Shown in pieces: positions 19,649 through 30,184 of a DNA stretch of 64,000 nt. The stretch comes from a virus. Every line of letters starts with the position of its first letter. Position 1 is the stretch's first letter. The translations under genes and the position numbers were made by a program. The stretch covers positions 5 to 64,004 of IMG/VR virus record IMGVR_UViG_3300032265_002475; one strand, written 5' to 3'. Below the pieces are notes generated by a model. It ran no database searches. It was given only the letters and a program-made list of their open reading frames with translations, and was not told where the DNA came from.

Positions 19649-20076
19649 TCTTTTCTAAAATATCTTGCTTGTATATTTTCGTTAAGTGCTTTAGGGTTAC
19701 GTAACACTTCTAATTTAAATTGATATTCTGCTTCTAAAAAATTTAATTGTTTTGAATTAAAAGCAAATTCTAATATCTCACGTTTAAAAACATCTTCACC
19801 TTGTTCTTTAACCATTTTATGAATAATTTCAGATGAAGACCAATATGTTAACCAATTACTTTCTTCATAACTTACTTCTTTAGTTTTTTTACGACCTCTG
19901 CCTTCTTGTAATGCTTGAACTTTTTTACCAAGTTTTTTAGTTTTTTTAGTCTGTAGGTTTTTACGTCCAATATAAAATTGGCCTGTTTTTAAATGTGTAA
20001 TTTTATAAATAAAACCAAAACAATTTTTAGGGAAATCTTCTAAATTTTTTATAACTGTATTTTTATATAACCACAT
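19636..20076 (-). CDS. GIY-YIG homing-endonuclease-like protein
   Basis: GFIYKITHLKTGQFYIGRK. Confidence 0.65.
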   Translation of the reverse strand: MWLYKNTVIKNLEDFPKNCFGFIYKITHLKTGQFYIGRKNLQTKKTKKLGKKVQALQEGRGRKKTKEVSYEESNWLTYWSSSEIIHKMVKEQGEDVFKREILEFAFNSKQLNFLEAEYQFKLEVLRNPKALNENIQARYFRKDLAS

Positions 20077-20086
20077 ATTATTTTAA

Positions 20087-20446
20087 TTATTTTATTACAT
20101 TACATTCTTTAAAAAATTCTATTAAAGAATTAACTCTATTATTTAAATTGCTTTCTCCAGTCCACCACATATCTTCTAATGAACCATAGTGTGATGTATT
20201 TTTAAAAGCATTTTTAACATCTTTTTTTGTAAATCTTTTTTTTGTACCTCTAGTAATAATATCTAAAAGAACTAAAGCATTTGCTGTATCTTCATCATAA
20301 TCATCTACCCAATAATTAAAAGAAACTTCGGATTTTAGTTCTTTTAATGCCCAAGGTTGACATTCATAGACTGGATTAGCAGAAACTGGTTCTAACTCAT
20401 TTAAAATTTGTTCTCTTATTATTTGCTTTAATTGAGATTTTTTCAT
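20087..20446 (-). CDS. MKK-leader family protein (leader plus ~95-aa cargo)
   Basis: MKKSQLKQIIREQILNELEPV. Confidence 0.55.
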   Translation of the reverse strand: MKKSQLKQIIREQILNELEPVSANPVYECQPWALKELKSEVSFNYWVDDYDEDTANALVLLDIITRGTKKRFTKKDVKNAFKNTSHYGSLEDMWWTGESNLNNRVNSLIEFFKECNVIK

Positions 20447-20447
20447 T

Positions 20448-21323
20448 TTATGTTAAATCAAGATTAATTATAATATTCATATCAGTGACATGAGATGAGG
20501 GTAATGGTTGTGACATTTTTCCTATAGCTAAAAGTTCTTTATTATTATTGTATAATCCTATAGTTGTAATATATGGTGCAAAATCTGATCCAGTAGCATA
20601 ACTATATATGGTACCATCATTAGTACTTATTAAAGTAGGATTTAATGATAAGTTAAATTCATTTTCTCTAATATTACATTTATATTGTGTTTCATAAATT
20701 GTATATGAACTTGAAAATGAACAAGTTACATAAGAACCAGTTATTCCGTCTATAAAACTTCCTGTTGTTAATACTAATAAACCATGTGAATATACAACAT
20801 TTCCTAATATATTACTACCTGAAATTAAATTACCCTCCCCATCATCTATTATATTTACACTTCCGCTATTAATTAATATGCTATTTGGTTGAATTCTATC
20901 ACCATATAATTTTTTAGGTATAGATAATACTCCAATTGTTGAATTAGAACTAGTTGGAAATATTCTTGGGAATGTTAAAGTTGTTTGAAGATAATTATCA
21001 AATGTTGGTTGGTGGGTATTTTCAGAAAGTATTAATCCATTATCTATAATAGTTAAAGGAGCATTGTCTCCATAACTTGAAGTTAAATAGTTACTATAAT
21101 ATAATTCTTTTATTGAGTTATAAATCAAACGTTTATATTCTATATTATTATCACCTGTAGTAGAATCACTTGAAGAATTAAATAATCCTGTTATATTTTG
21201 CCCTACAAATCTATCAATACCAGAACCAGTCATCATAGCTGCTCCAGCATAAGTAAACCCCTTAGTTAATTCTAAAGGGGTTACTATTATATCTTGCGAT
21301 ACAAATTGTTTAAATGTACTCAT
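20448..21323 (-). CDS. tail-fibre/structural paralogue A (Ser/Thr/Gly/Asn-rich)
   Basis: composition; C-terminal TTIGLYNNNKELLAIGKMSQPLP shared with next gene. Confidence 0.45.
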   Translation of the reverse strand: MSTFKQFVSQDIIVTPLELTKGFTYAGAAMMTGSGIDRFVGQNITGLFNSSSDSTTGDNNIEYKRLIYNSIKELYYSNYLTSSYGDNAPLTIIDNGLILSENTHQPTFDNYLQTTLTFPRIFPTSSNSTIGVLSIPKKLYGDRIQPNSILINSGSVNIIDDGEGNLISGSNILGNVVYSHGLLVLTTGSFIDGITGSYVTCSFSSSYTIYETQYKCNIRENEFNLSLNPTLISTNDGTIYSYATGSDFAPYITTIGLYNNNKELLAIGKMSQPLPSSHVTDMNIIINLDLT

Positions 21324-21334
21324 TTATGTTTTAT

Positions 21335-22354
21335 TTAAAAATCTAACTTAACACGTACTAATGCTTCTTTAGTAAAATCCTTTCTTAATGGTCTTGATAA
21401 TTTAGCTACTGCTAATAAATTATTATTATCATTATACAAACCTACAGTTGTAATGTAAACTTGTGGATTATTAATAAAATCATCATATAATACAGTTCCA
21501 GTTGAACCTGAAATAAAACTTGGATTTTCTGAGTAGTTATATTCTGCACTGCGTGGTCTTACGAATATATAATCTGATGTTATAGTTTCTTGTGAATTAA
21601 GAGTAAATGTAGATGAACCACTTATTGCTTTATAAAGTTTTTGAATATTTTGACCATCAGAATTTGAACTTCTACTTACATTTAAACTAATACCTCCTCC
21701 TGCTACACTTGCAGATAATGCTAAAGGATTTAATAATAAAGTTCCAATATCAGGTAAAAACCAACCATATGAACCTGAATTAACACTCCACCCATTTGAA
21801 GTTAATGTTGTATTAACTGTTCCTGCTGAACCACTAATTAAATTAAAAACTCGACCTGAATCTTTAAATGTAATTGTAGACGCATATTTAGAATCATCTG
21901 TTAATGAAATTGTTCCTAATGAGCCAGTTAATGTTAATGTTAATGAACCTGGAAATAATGATTCTTTATATCTATTACGTCCAATTGAAATTGCCCAAAA
22001 ATCCGAAGCTGTTATATTTCCAAATACAAAATCAGCATTTTCATCTCCTAAAACTAAACTTCTATATTGTCCATAAATTGTTTTAGTAGGTGAAACTCCA
22101 GTTACATTTGGATTATACCAAGCACTCCCACTACCATTTTTATTACCATAAGCTATATCAAACTGTACTTCAGCTCCTGTTATAGTAGATGCTGTTTGAA
22201 AAACGCTTAAATAATAATTTCCTGCTGAGCTTGCTTCTTGTACTGAAGAGGTATAAATATCTGCTAAATTTGGGACATATCCTGTCCAAACTGTAGCTGT
22301 AATTGAATCTGCTGAAACTACGAAATCTGATGTATCAAGTCTTGTGAATGACAT
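21335..22354 (-). CDS. tail-fibre/structural paralogue B
   Basis: C-terminal TTVGLYNDNNNLLAVAKLSRPL homologous to 20448-21323. Confidence 0.45.
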   Translation of the reverse strand: MSFTRLDTSDFVVSADSITATVWTGYVPNLADIYTSSVQEASSAGNYYLSVFQTASTITGAEVQFDIAYGNKNGSGSAWYNPNVTGVSPTKTIYGQYRSLVLGDENADFVFGNITASDFWAISIGRNRYKESLFPGSLTLTLTGSLGTISLTDDSKYASTITFKDSGRVFNLISGSAGTVNTTLTSNGWSVNSGSYGWFLPDIGTLLLNPLALSASVAGGGISLNVSRSSNSDGQNIQKLYKAISGSSTFTLNSQETITSDYIFVRPRSAEYNYSENPSFISGSTGTVLYDDFINNPQVYITTVGLYNDNNNLLAVAKLSRPLRKDFTKEALVRVKLDF

Positions 22355-22364
22355 ATTTTAATTA

Positions 22365-23021
22365 TTATATTTTATTTATAGTTACTGGAATTGTTAATCT
22401 TGCTCCTGAATCTAAACCTACAACTGTTAAAGTAGCTTGTAATTGAGTATTTGTTGTACCAAATAAAGTATTAATTGTTGTAGCTGTTAAATTAATTGTT
22501 GTACCAACTACTGTTTTAGAAACATTAGTTCCTATTGTTGTTGTATTATTTGCCGTAGTAGCCGCTGGTGTGTTTATACCTACACCTGTAAATGTATTTA
22601 ATAATCTAACATCTGAAATTGTGGCTGAATATCCTGAAGATTCAAATGTTTGATTTCCACTTAAATAATTTAATGTTTGTGGAGTTAATGCTAATGATGA
22701 ACCTTGTTTTAATACAATAGCAGCATAACCTAAATCTAAAACAGGTAATTTAGCTGTTCCTCTTGGTAATGTTACTAATTTATATTTCATAATTTGAGTT
22801 TCATCAGGAAACGCTTCTAATAAAGGCATATTTTCAATAGCTTCACCATAATATGCTGAACCTGAAGGATGATTTGGATTGTATAATGTATAATCAATTT
22901 CATCATCTGCTAATGAAAATTGTGTAATTTTAAAACTTCCATCACTTTTTGCTAAAAGTTCTCTACCTTTTTTAGTAAGAATCGCGTCTATTGTTACTAC
23001 CGAATTATTTAAATAGCCCAT
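22365..23021 (-). CDS. structural protein, Thr-rich C-terminus
   Basis: composition, position in fibre cluster. Confidence 0.45.
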   Translation of the reverse strand: MGYLNNSVVTIDAILTKKGRELLAKSDGSFKITQFSLADDEIDYTLYNPNHPSGSAYYGEAIENMPLLEAFPDETQIMKYKLVTLPRGTAKLPVLDLGYAAIVLKQGSSLALTPQTLNYLSGNQTFESSGYSATISDVRLLNTFTGVGINTPAATTANNTTTIGTNVSKTVVGTTINLTATTINTLFGTTNTQLQATLTVVGLDSGARLTIPVTINKI

Positions 23022-23065
23022 TTGTAAATTTTATTTTATTATAAATATTTAATTATTTTGTTTTT

Positions 23066-26000
23066 TTATTGAAATCCTGCTTTTTTTAATATAGATAAAT
23101 AATCTAATGTTGGATTATAATCACTTGGTAAAATTATACCTAAACCATTGTATTCACTATTTAAAAAAGTTTTAACATTTATTGTTGGTGATTTATATGG
23201 TCTATAAAAATTAGTAACTTTAGTACCAACAATATCTAAATATCCTGAAGGCATATTCCATTTTAAAGTTATATCTATATTAGGAGCTGTACTTGTACTA
23301 CCTGTATTACTTATATCTGCAATTACTCCATAAACAGATATAGATAAATATGTAGTCTTTACTGTATCTCCAGGTTTAATAGGTAATAAAGTATCTTTAA
23401 AATAATAATAAGTACCTGAATTCTCTCCATATATTACATCAGATATAGGAGTATAATAAAAATTTAAACCTCCTTGAGGATCTAAAAATGATGAATTTAA
23501 AATAGATTGACCATAATCTATTGAATATGTTGGGTTAGTTAAATATTTTCCTAAATGATCCGCAGTACCTCCACCACCTACACTTCCAGTAACAAATCTT
23601 CCAGCATTAAATATACCAGAGGAACCACTTAAAACTGGATGGCCTGCTGATAAGTAATTATAGTATATTGTGTCAGGTATTATTTGATCATTTATAACAA
23701 AATAATTAATAGAACCACTATTTAAACCTAAAATGTATTGATATCTATTACCAGCATCATTAATTGTAGGATTAAAGTTTTTTCCATTTGATGATGAATT
23801 AAATAATATAATTTTAGCTTTATCTTGAGGTTTAAATAATTGACCTAAGTCAATACTGTCTGGTTTTATAGTATTTCCATTAGAATCAAGTAAAACATTT
23901 AATGAAATATTTTGACTATTTGGGTAATAAAAATAATCATTATTAACATCTGGAGTTAAAGATGAATGGACATAATTAAATACTCCAAAAAAATCTGAAT
24001 ATCTTTCAACATTTGCTCCTGGTACTGCTGAACCTGATATTTTTTTACCTGTTAAAAAACTACCTGTAATTCCATTATCATATATTGATTGTGCTTTAGT
24101 GTTAATATTTGTTGCTGTTGTACGAATACCTTGATAACGAGGTGCTGTTTGTCTTCTTAAATTATAATAATAATCTTTTACTGCTGCTTTTATAGCTGTA
24201 TTTTGTATAATTTGATTATAATTTGTGGGGGTAGTTATTCCTGTTTTATAACTTACTTCTTCAAAATATTGGCTTAAAGGATATGAATCTTCGTCACCAT
24301 AGATAGGATTACAATCAGATAGTTCAAATTTAGCATCTTCTATCTGAGGTTCAATAATTGTTAAATCTGAAATTATTGTTTGTGGTGATTGTGATTGATT
24401 TATATTAATATCAATTGTACTCCAACTCCAATCTAAATCCGATGGATCCGATGGATCATTAGATATAAATGGCATTACTTGATATGTATAATTACTAGCG
24501 GCATAATTACTTATACTTCCACTCCATGTAATATTCCCGTAAACTACGCTTCCTGAAGATGTTGATGATGTTGTAAAAGTTAAATTTTTATTTCCTATAA
24601 TTTTATTACTTCCTGATTCTACAATTCCAATTCCTAGATTCATAAAATAATAATTATTTGCTAAAGGTAAAGTTATACTCCAATTTATTGAGGCTGTATA
24701 TGTTATTAAAGCATTTGGAAGTCGAGTTATAGGTCTTTTTAAACCATTAAAATAAGTAATAGTACTTACAGGAACATTTCCTCCACTATTATCAGAAGAA
24801 GAATAAACATAATTTAAAATTTCATTGTCCGTAGATGAGATAGTATTAACATAAGGTATAGTATATAAATAATATGTAGGATATTCTGTTATATTACTTA
24901 CAGGATAACTTACTTTTCCTACATCATTATATTTAACTCTTATATTTGTTGCTTGTTGAAGTCTTACAGTTTGATCAATTCCATTAGCGTCAATTCTTGG
25001 AATTTTTATATATCTAACTCCTTGATTTTTAAATCCTAAATAAAAAATTCCACTATTGTAATAATGATAAGAATATGGCTCACCTGGATTATACCACAAT
25101 GACATTGACCCTTGTTGAGGAGCATTATTAGAACTTAAATATGTTGATTCATTTGTAATAAATTGAACTGATGATGAATCAATAACTCCTGTTAAGCTAT
25201 TAATGTTGTAAGATCCGCTGTATGCTCTATATAGAATAGGTCCCCAATTCATAGATGTTAAATCAGCATGTAAATATTTTTCACAGTCTGGGTCTAGTAA
25301 ACTTTGTTTTGAAACTCGAATATTAGAGCCACTAAATTCACCATTAAAAAATTCATCTAAATTATTATGTACTCTACTATATATTCCATATGGTGCTTGA
25401 AATGATTCTGACCAACTTTGACTTATAATAATAGGAGTTTGAGGTATAATTGATGCTGTTGTGTTATATAAATTAAATGTTGAACCTCCTGTTCCTCCAT
25501 TAAATTCTCCTACTTGTATTGAACCAGTATATTCATATTGTTCAGCATATGTAGGTGGTAATTTATATCTATTTCTTTCTAACATATGTTGTTTAATAAC
25601 AATACCTGACGCTAAACTTGTTCTTGCAGGAACAAAATCTTTAATCATTTTAAATAATGAATTATCAAAGTATTTTATTAAACGAATATAATCAAATAAA
25701 TTGTAATTTGATTTATTTCCTAAAGTATATTTTTTAAAATAGTTATCTCTTAAAATATTTAAATCAGGATAATAATTTAAAGATTGAGATAATTGACTAG
25801 GATCTCCTATATAATCTCCAATGTTAAAATACCCTAATTGAGAAACTATATCATCATTTATTTCATTTTGAGGTGAAAATGCTACTTCTAAATAATTTAA
25901 ATTATGAGTATAACTATTACTTACTGGATAATTTTGTTGTATTGAAATATAAGGTGATAAATTTTTATTATCTTCAGTAATAATTGAATTGCTAAGAGGT

Positions 26001-28678
26001 AAACTAATATTTTCTAATTTTATTTTATTAGAAACTCTATTTTTTATTCCAGATTGAACTGAATCTTGGAATATTATTTCGTAATTTGGTTGAAATGTCC
26101 ATCCTGTTGAACTTGTTGCATATGATATTGAACTATTATTAGGATAAAATGAATTAGTTATAGGATAAGTAGATATTGCAGGATGTGATGATGAAATAAC
26201 TTGACTTGTTGATGTGTATCTTTTTAAATCTGTTCCTAAAGGAACTCTAAGCATTAAAGTATTTAAAGCTGATTGAGAATCATTATTATTTCCTTCTATA
26301 GAATAAGGATTCATTACAAAATCATTAAAAATACTTTCACTTAAAACATTATTATATGCTCTTAATTCTTGATATGAACCTGTAAATCTTGAATATATAT
26401 TTCCTAATATTGGCAAATTACCTACAGAACCACCCATTACAAATGCTATACTATCATTTATAGAATTTTTATTAACCCATGAATTTGAAGCTTGCATTGA
26501 ACTTGAAGCTTGAAATCCTATTTTATGACCATCCTCTCCTTGATATATTTTATTTTTAACATATAATGTTATTAAATTAGATGGATCTTGAGTTACCATT
26601 ACTGACCACCAACCTCCATCAAAAAATGGTAAATATACACTTGCGGATGCACTACCTGAAATGTATTTTAAAGTTCCATATTTGTAATATGGGTTATAGA
26701 TTCCCCCATTATATGAAGAAGTAGTTGTCCAAGATCCAGTATATTCTAAAACTAAATCTGAATTATGGTATGAAGATGTTCCTATAGAAATTAAAGATTG
26801 TTTACTAACAGGTTGTAAATTAGTAGGTGATTTAAATCTAAATTCATAAGTTTGAGGAATTGGATTTGATGGAAATCCACTAGCGGTCCAATTAAAACTT
26901 ATATACCCATTTCCTGAACCTGAACCTGAAGGTGACCAAGCATAATTAAAAATATCATACCAATAATCATATGATTCATTTAATTTACTTTTACCTCCAA
27001 ATTCACTAATACGTAAAATAGTATCAGGAATACCATAAACATTAATTAATGCTCTTAATCCTTCAGTTGTACCTTTTTTCTTTAATAAGTAAGGTAAATT
27101 GTGGTAAATTCTTTTATAAATTTCTTTATTAACATCATCTAAAGGAATTAAAGATCCTGTAGCTGACGCTGTTATAAATGTATTAATTATTTCACTTCCT
27201 GTGTAAGGTAATAAACTTCCTTGAGGTGTTATTCCTAAAAATGCAGAATATAAATCATTTGTTGAAAAATTATTTTGATATAATTTAACTCCAAAATCTC
27301 TAATAGCATCAGCAACAATATCTTTCGAAATTCCATAATCTAAACGATTATCTGCATTATATTTATTTGTTACATCTTTATAATAAACCCAAACATTATC
27401 AAACTGTTGAGCTACCATATCAATGAATAATTCATATGGTTTATTTTGAGTATCATCTCTTAAATAAGATGGAATTGTATTTAATAAATTATTATCATTT
27501 TGTAAGTCAAAATTAGAAGCACTTACAGATTGAGCAACAAACCAAGTTGTACCTAATGTTGATGTTGTGTTAGTATTTATATATGGTGGTGTAGTATTTA
27601 ACTTAGGCCATGCTTTACTTCCTGATTCAAAATATAAATAATACTCATATCCATCAAAATTAGTTATAATATCATTTATTTTATTTTGCCAAATGTTAAT
27701 ACTTGAACTTGAATAATAATTTGATGTAGAAATAGATGAAGTTATACTTTGAGATGTATATGTTTCTATTAAAGATAATTTATAATAAAAATTTTCTAAT
27801 CTAGTATTAACAGATGAAAAATGAATAAAATTTGAATAATCTGAATAATCAATATTTATTTCTAAACCCTTTTCAGCCATTAAACTATTTAACTGATAAT
27901 ATAAACTATTTGAACCTGTTAAATTAGATGTATTTTGTAATTGATTTAATGTATAATAATCTGTAGAATTATTGATAGTATCTTTAATAGGAATATTAAA
28001 ATTTGGTCCTTGTAATATAACACTATTTGAACTATTATTAAATATAGTAATTAATTCTATAGAATATGCTAATGGTTCAGCTGTTTTTTCTACAACCCAC
28101 AATTCAGTTTTTAAAACAATTTCATTAGGTAAAGGTTCATATAATTTTATTAATACAGTTGAACCATCTAATAAAATATTATTTGCTATGATAAGATTAT
28201 TATTACCAAAATTTAGATAAAAATCAGGATAATATTGTAAAATTGCTTTTTGAGCTAAATATTCATTTACTCCATTTTGGATAGCTAAATCATCTAAAAT
28301 ATTAGAACTTAATCTAAGTTCAGTTCTATCTGCTGAAATTTCACTTATATAATATTTATTATCTTGTGAAGAATTTAATATTTTAGTAAAAAAATTATAT
28401 AATGTATTATATTGACCTTCTTCAAAACCTGCTTGTTGAATATCATTTTGAGGATCTATTACAATGTTATTATCATTAATACTATAATTTATATAATTTT
28501 GATTAGGATATAATATATTTTTATTTAAATCAAAAATAAAATATTCAATATAATCTTTATTTTTATCAAAAGTATCATTTACAGTAAAATTAGATATCAA
28601 AGCTATGTCTTGAGTATTATATTCTTGAGACATAAAAGTTTGAGGATCTATATTAACTATATTAATTGTATTAGCCAT
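23066..28678 (-). CDS. giant fibre/adhesin-like structural protein (1870 aa)
   Basis: single ORF; Ser/Thr/Asn/Tyr-rich, low-complexity beta-rich; next to baseplate genes. Confidence 0.6.
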   Translation of the reverse strand: MANTINIVNIDPQTFMSQEYNTQDIALISNFTVNDTFDKNKDYIEYFIFDLNKNILYPNQNYINYSINDNNIVIDPQNDIQQAGFEEGQYNTLYNFFTKILNSSQDNKYYISEISADRTELRLSSNILDDLAIQNGVNEYLAQKAILQYYPDFYLNFGNNNLIIANNILLDGSTVLIKLYEPLPNEIVLKTELWVVEKTAEPLAYSIELITIFNNSSNSVILQGPNFNIPIKDTINNSTDYYTLNQLQNTSNLTGSNSLYYQLNSLMAEKGLEINIDYSDYSNFIHFSSVNTRLENFYYKLSLIETYTSQSITSSISTSNYYSSSSINIWQNKINDIITNFDGYEYYLYFESGSKAWPKLNTTPPYINTNTTSTLGTTWFVAQSVSASNFDLQNDNNLLNTIPSYLRDDTQNKPYELFIDMVAQQFDNVWVYYKDVTNKYNADNRLDYGISKDIVADAIRDFGVKLYQNNFSTNDLYSAFLGITPQGSLLPYTGSEIINTFITASATGSLIPLDDVNKEIYKRIYHNLPYLLKKKGTTEGLRALINVYGIPDTILRISEFGGKSKLNESYDYWYDIFNYAWSPSGSGSGNGYISFNWTASGFPSNPIPQTYEFRFKSPTNLQPVSKQSLISIGTSSYHNSDLVLEYTGSWTTTSSYNGGIYNPYYKYGTLKYISGSASASVYLPFFDGGWWSVMVTQDPSNLITLYVKNKIYQGEDGHKIGFQASSSMQASNSWVNKNSINDSIAFVMGGSVGNLPILGNIYSRFTGSYQELRAYNNVLSESIFNDFVMNPYSIEGNNNDSQSALNTLMLRVPLGTDLKRYTSTSQVISSSHPAISTYPITNSFYPNNSSISYATSSTGWTFQPNYEIIFQDSVQSGIKNRVSNKIKLENISLPLSNSIITEDNKNLSPYISIQQNYPVSNSYTHNLNYLEVAFSPQNEINDDIVSQLGYFNIGDYIGDPSQLSQSLNYYPDLNILRDNYFKKYTLGNKSNYNLFDYIRLIKYFDNSLFKMIKDFVPARTSLASGIVIKQHMLERNRYKLPPTYAEQYEYTGSIQVGEFNGGTGGSTFNLYNTTASIIPQTPIIISQSWSESFQAPYGIYSRVHNNLDEFFNGEFSGSNIRVSKQSLLDPDCEKYLHADLTSMNWGPILYRAYSGSYNINSLTGVIDSSSVQFITNESTYLSSNNAPQQGSMSLWYNPGEPYSYHYYNSGIFYLGFKNQGVRYIKIPRIDANGIDQTVRLQQATNIRVKYNDVGKVSYPVSNITEYPTYYLYTIPYVNTISSTDNEILNYVYSSSDNSGGNVPVSTITYFNGLKRPITRLPNALITYTASINWSITLPLANNYYFMNLGIGIVESGSNKIIGNKNLTFTTSSTSSGSVVYGNITWSGSISNYAASNYTYQVMPFISNDPSDPSDLDWSWSTIDININQSQSPQTIISDLTIIEPQIEDAKFELSDCNPIYGDEDSYPLSQYFEEVSYKTGITTPTNYNQIIQNTAIKAAVKDYYYNLRRQTAPRYQGIRTTATNINTKAQSIYDNGITGSFLTGKKISGSAVPGANVERYSDFFGVFNYVHSSLTPDVNNDYFYYPNSQNISLNVLLDSNGNTIKPDSIDLGQLFKPQDKAKIILFNSSSNGKNFNPTINDAGNRYQYILGLNSGSINYFVINDQIIPDTIYYNYLSAGHPVLSGSSGIFNAGRFVTGSVGGGGTADHLGKYLTNPTYSIDYGQSILNSSFLDPQGGLNFYYTPISDVIYGENSGTYYYFKDTLLPIKPGDTVKTTYLSISVYGVIADISNTGSTSTAPNIDITLKWNMPSGYLDIVGTKVTNFYRPYKSPTINVKTFLNSEYNGLGIILPSDYNPTLDYLSILKKAGFQ

Positions 28679-29012
28679 TTTTAGTATTATTGATTAGCTG
28701 TTGATTTAATGATAAATTTTCAGCTTGTAAATTATTTATTTCGTTTAATAATGCTTGTATTGTATCATCTGTTGGTTGATAACCAATATATTCACTACTT
28801 TTTTTAATTAAATATTCATGAGAATTAGTCATTCCAGTTTTAGGAATAATATAAAATAATTGTTCATATAAATTAAAAAAATCTGTTACTGTAGGTAATG
28901 AAGATGTTTGTTGTTGAGTAGTTTGAGAAATCAATTGTTTAAAAGAAGTATCTATTGTTCTTTCATATTGGTTTTTTTCAAATACTGTTTTATTTAAAGA
29001 TACTATATTCAT
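28671..29012 (-). CDS. small protein with C-terminal coiled-coil (possible fibre chaperone/assembly)
   Basis: IQALLNEINNLQAENLSLNQQL heptads. Confidence 0.4.
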   Translation of the reverse strand: MNIVSLNKTVFEKNQYERTIDTSFKQLISQTTQQQTSSLPTVTDFFNLYEQLFYIIPKTGMTNSHEYLIKKSSEYIGYQPTDDTIQALLNEINNLQAENLSLNQQLINNTKNG

Positions 29013-30154
29013 TATCCATTAATTATTTTAAAATAATAGTCATTATCAAGTACTAAAGTAGAACCATTTAAAATAGTTTTAATTAAAATTTTATAATATC
29101 TTTCAGGTTCTAAACCATTCATATAAAGTGTGAAATAATTACATTGACCATCAGCATTTAATTTTGTGTATGTTGTGTCAAAATCTATTACATATTCATT
29201 AGTATCTAAATCTTTTACTGCATAACATGATGCTGTTGGTAAATAATAATTAGTCAAATATTCTGATGCTGTTTGATAAACACGAGGTGGGTATTTAGGT
29301 CTTACATTTAAATTAAACCTATTAATACTATCTGGATAATAAACTCCTGGATTTTCTTCTAAAGAAATATATAATTGATTATTATTAATTATAGTTTGTG
29401 TTGATGAACCTGTATTCCAATAAAAATCATTCCATTTTATTTCTAATTGAGGTGGATATATTGTATGTGTATCTACTGAAAAGTATTTTAGATTAGGTTC
29501 CGCTGAAGCACTAGAGTTAAATTCTAAATTTGGGTCTAATCTAACAATAAATCCATAATTCGAAATTGAACTACTATTCCATAATTTAACAATATCTGTT
29601 ACATTTATATTTAAATCCTTAATACTAGTTGTATTAAGTGATTGAGTTACTTGTATATTAGATGAAGTAACTGATGTATTTGAAGAACCTGTATACCATG
29701 TTCCTCCTCCTGGGTTTGATGATTGAAATGATGCTGTTATATAAGGTCCATAATTTGATGAGGTCCAAGCTGAACCACTTAAATATGTTCTCCATTTCCA
29801 ACTAACTCCATTTGTTGTAGGAGGCGAATCAGAATAAGTTCCTGTTCCATTATTCCAATCTTGAGCTAATGGATTTACAAATATATCAGTATTAGATGTA
29901 ATTCCACTTCCATTTGCTAAGTAACATTTTAAATTAGCTTGCCATTGAGAGTTACTAACATTATTATTAATAACATTATTAATTTGATTTTGATCAAATG
30001 CTGTTAAAAATCTAACAACAGAAGCATTAGTTAAAGCTCCTCCAATAGTATTAGTATTAGAAAGTTCAGTTATTTGATCTAGACCAGTATTAATATCAGG
30101 AGTTCCTGAATATAATGTTGCATCTTTTACAGGAAATAATTTATAAACAGCCAT
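29012..30154 (-). CDS. fibre-like structural protein (380 aa)
   Basis: Ser/Thr/Asn-rich; position. Confidence 0.45.
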   Translation of the reverse strand: MAVYKLFPVKDATLYSGTPDINTGLDQITELSNTNTIGGALTNASVVRFLTAFDQNQINNVINNNVSNSQWQANLKCYLANGSGITSNTDIFVNPLAQDWNNGTGTYSDSPPTTNGVSWKWRTYLSGSAWTSSNYGPYITASFQSSNPGGGTWYTGSSNTSVTSSNIQVTQSLNTTSIKDLNINVTDIVKLWNSSSISNYGFIVRLDPNLEFNSSASAEPNLKYFSVDTHTIYPPQLEIKWNDFYWNTGSSTQTIINNNQLYISLEENPGVYYPDSINRFNLNVRPKYPPRVYQTASEYLTNYYLPTASCYAVKDLDTNEYVIDFDTTYTKLNADGQCNYFTLYMNGLEPERYYKILIKTILNGSTLVLDNDYYFKIING

Positions 30155-30184
30155 TTTTTATATATAAATATTGAAATCTAAAAT

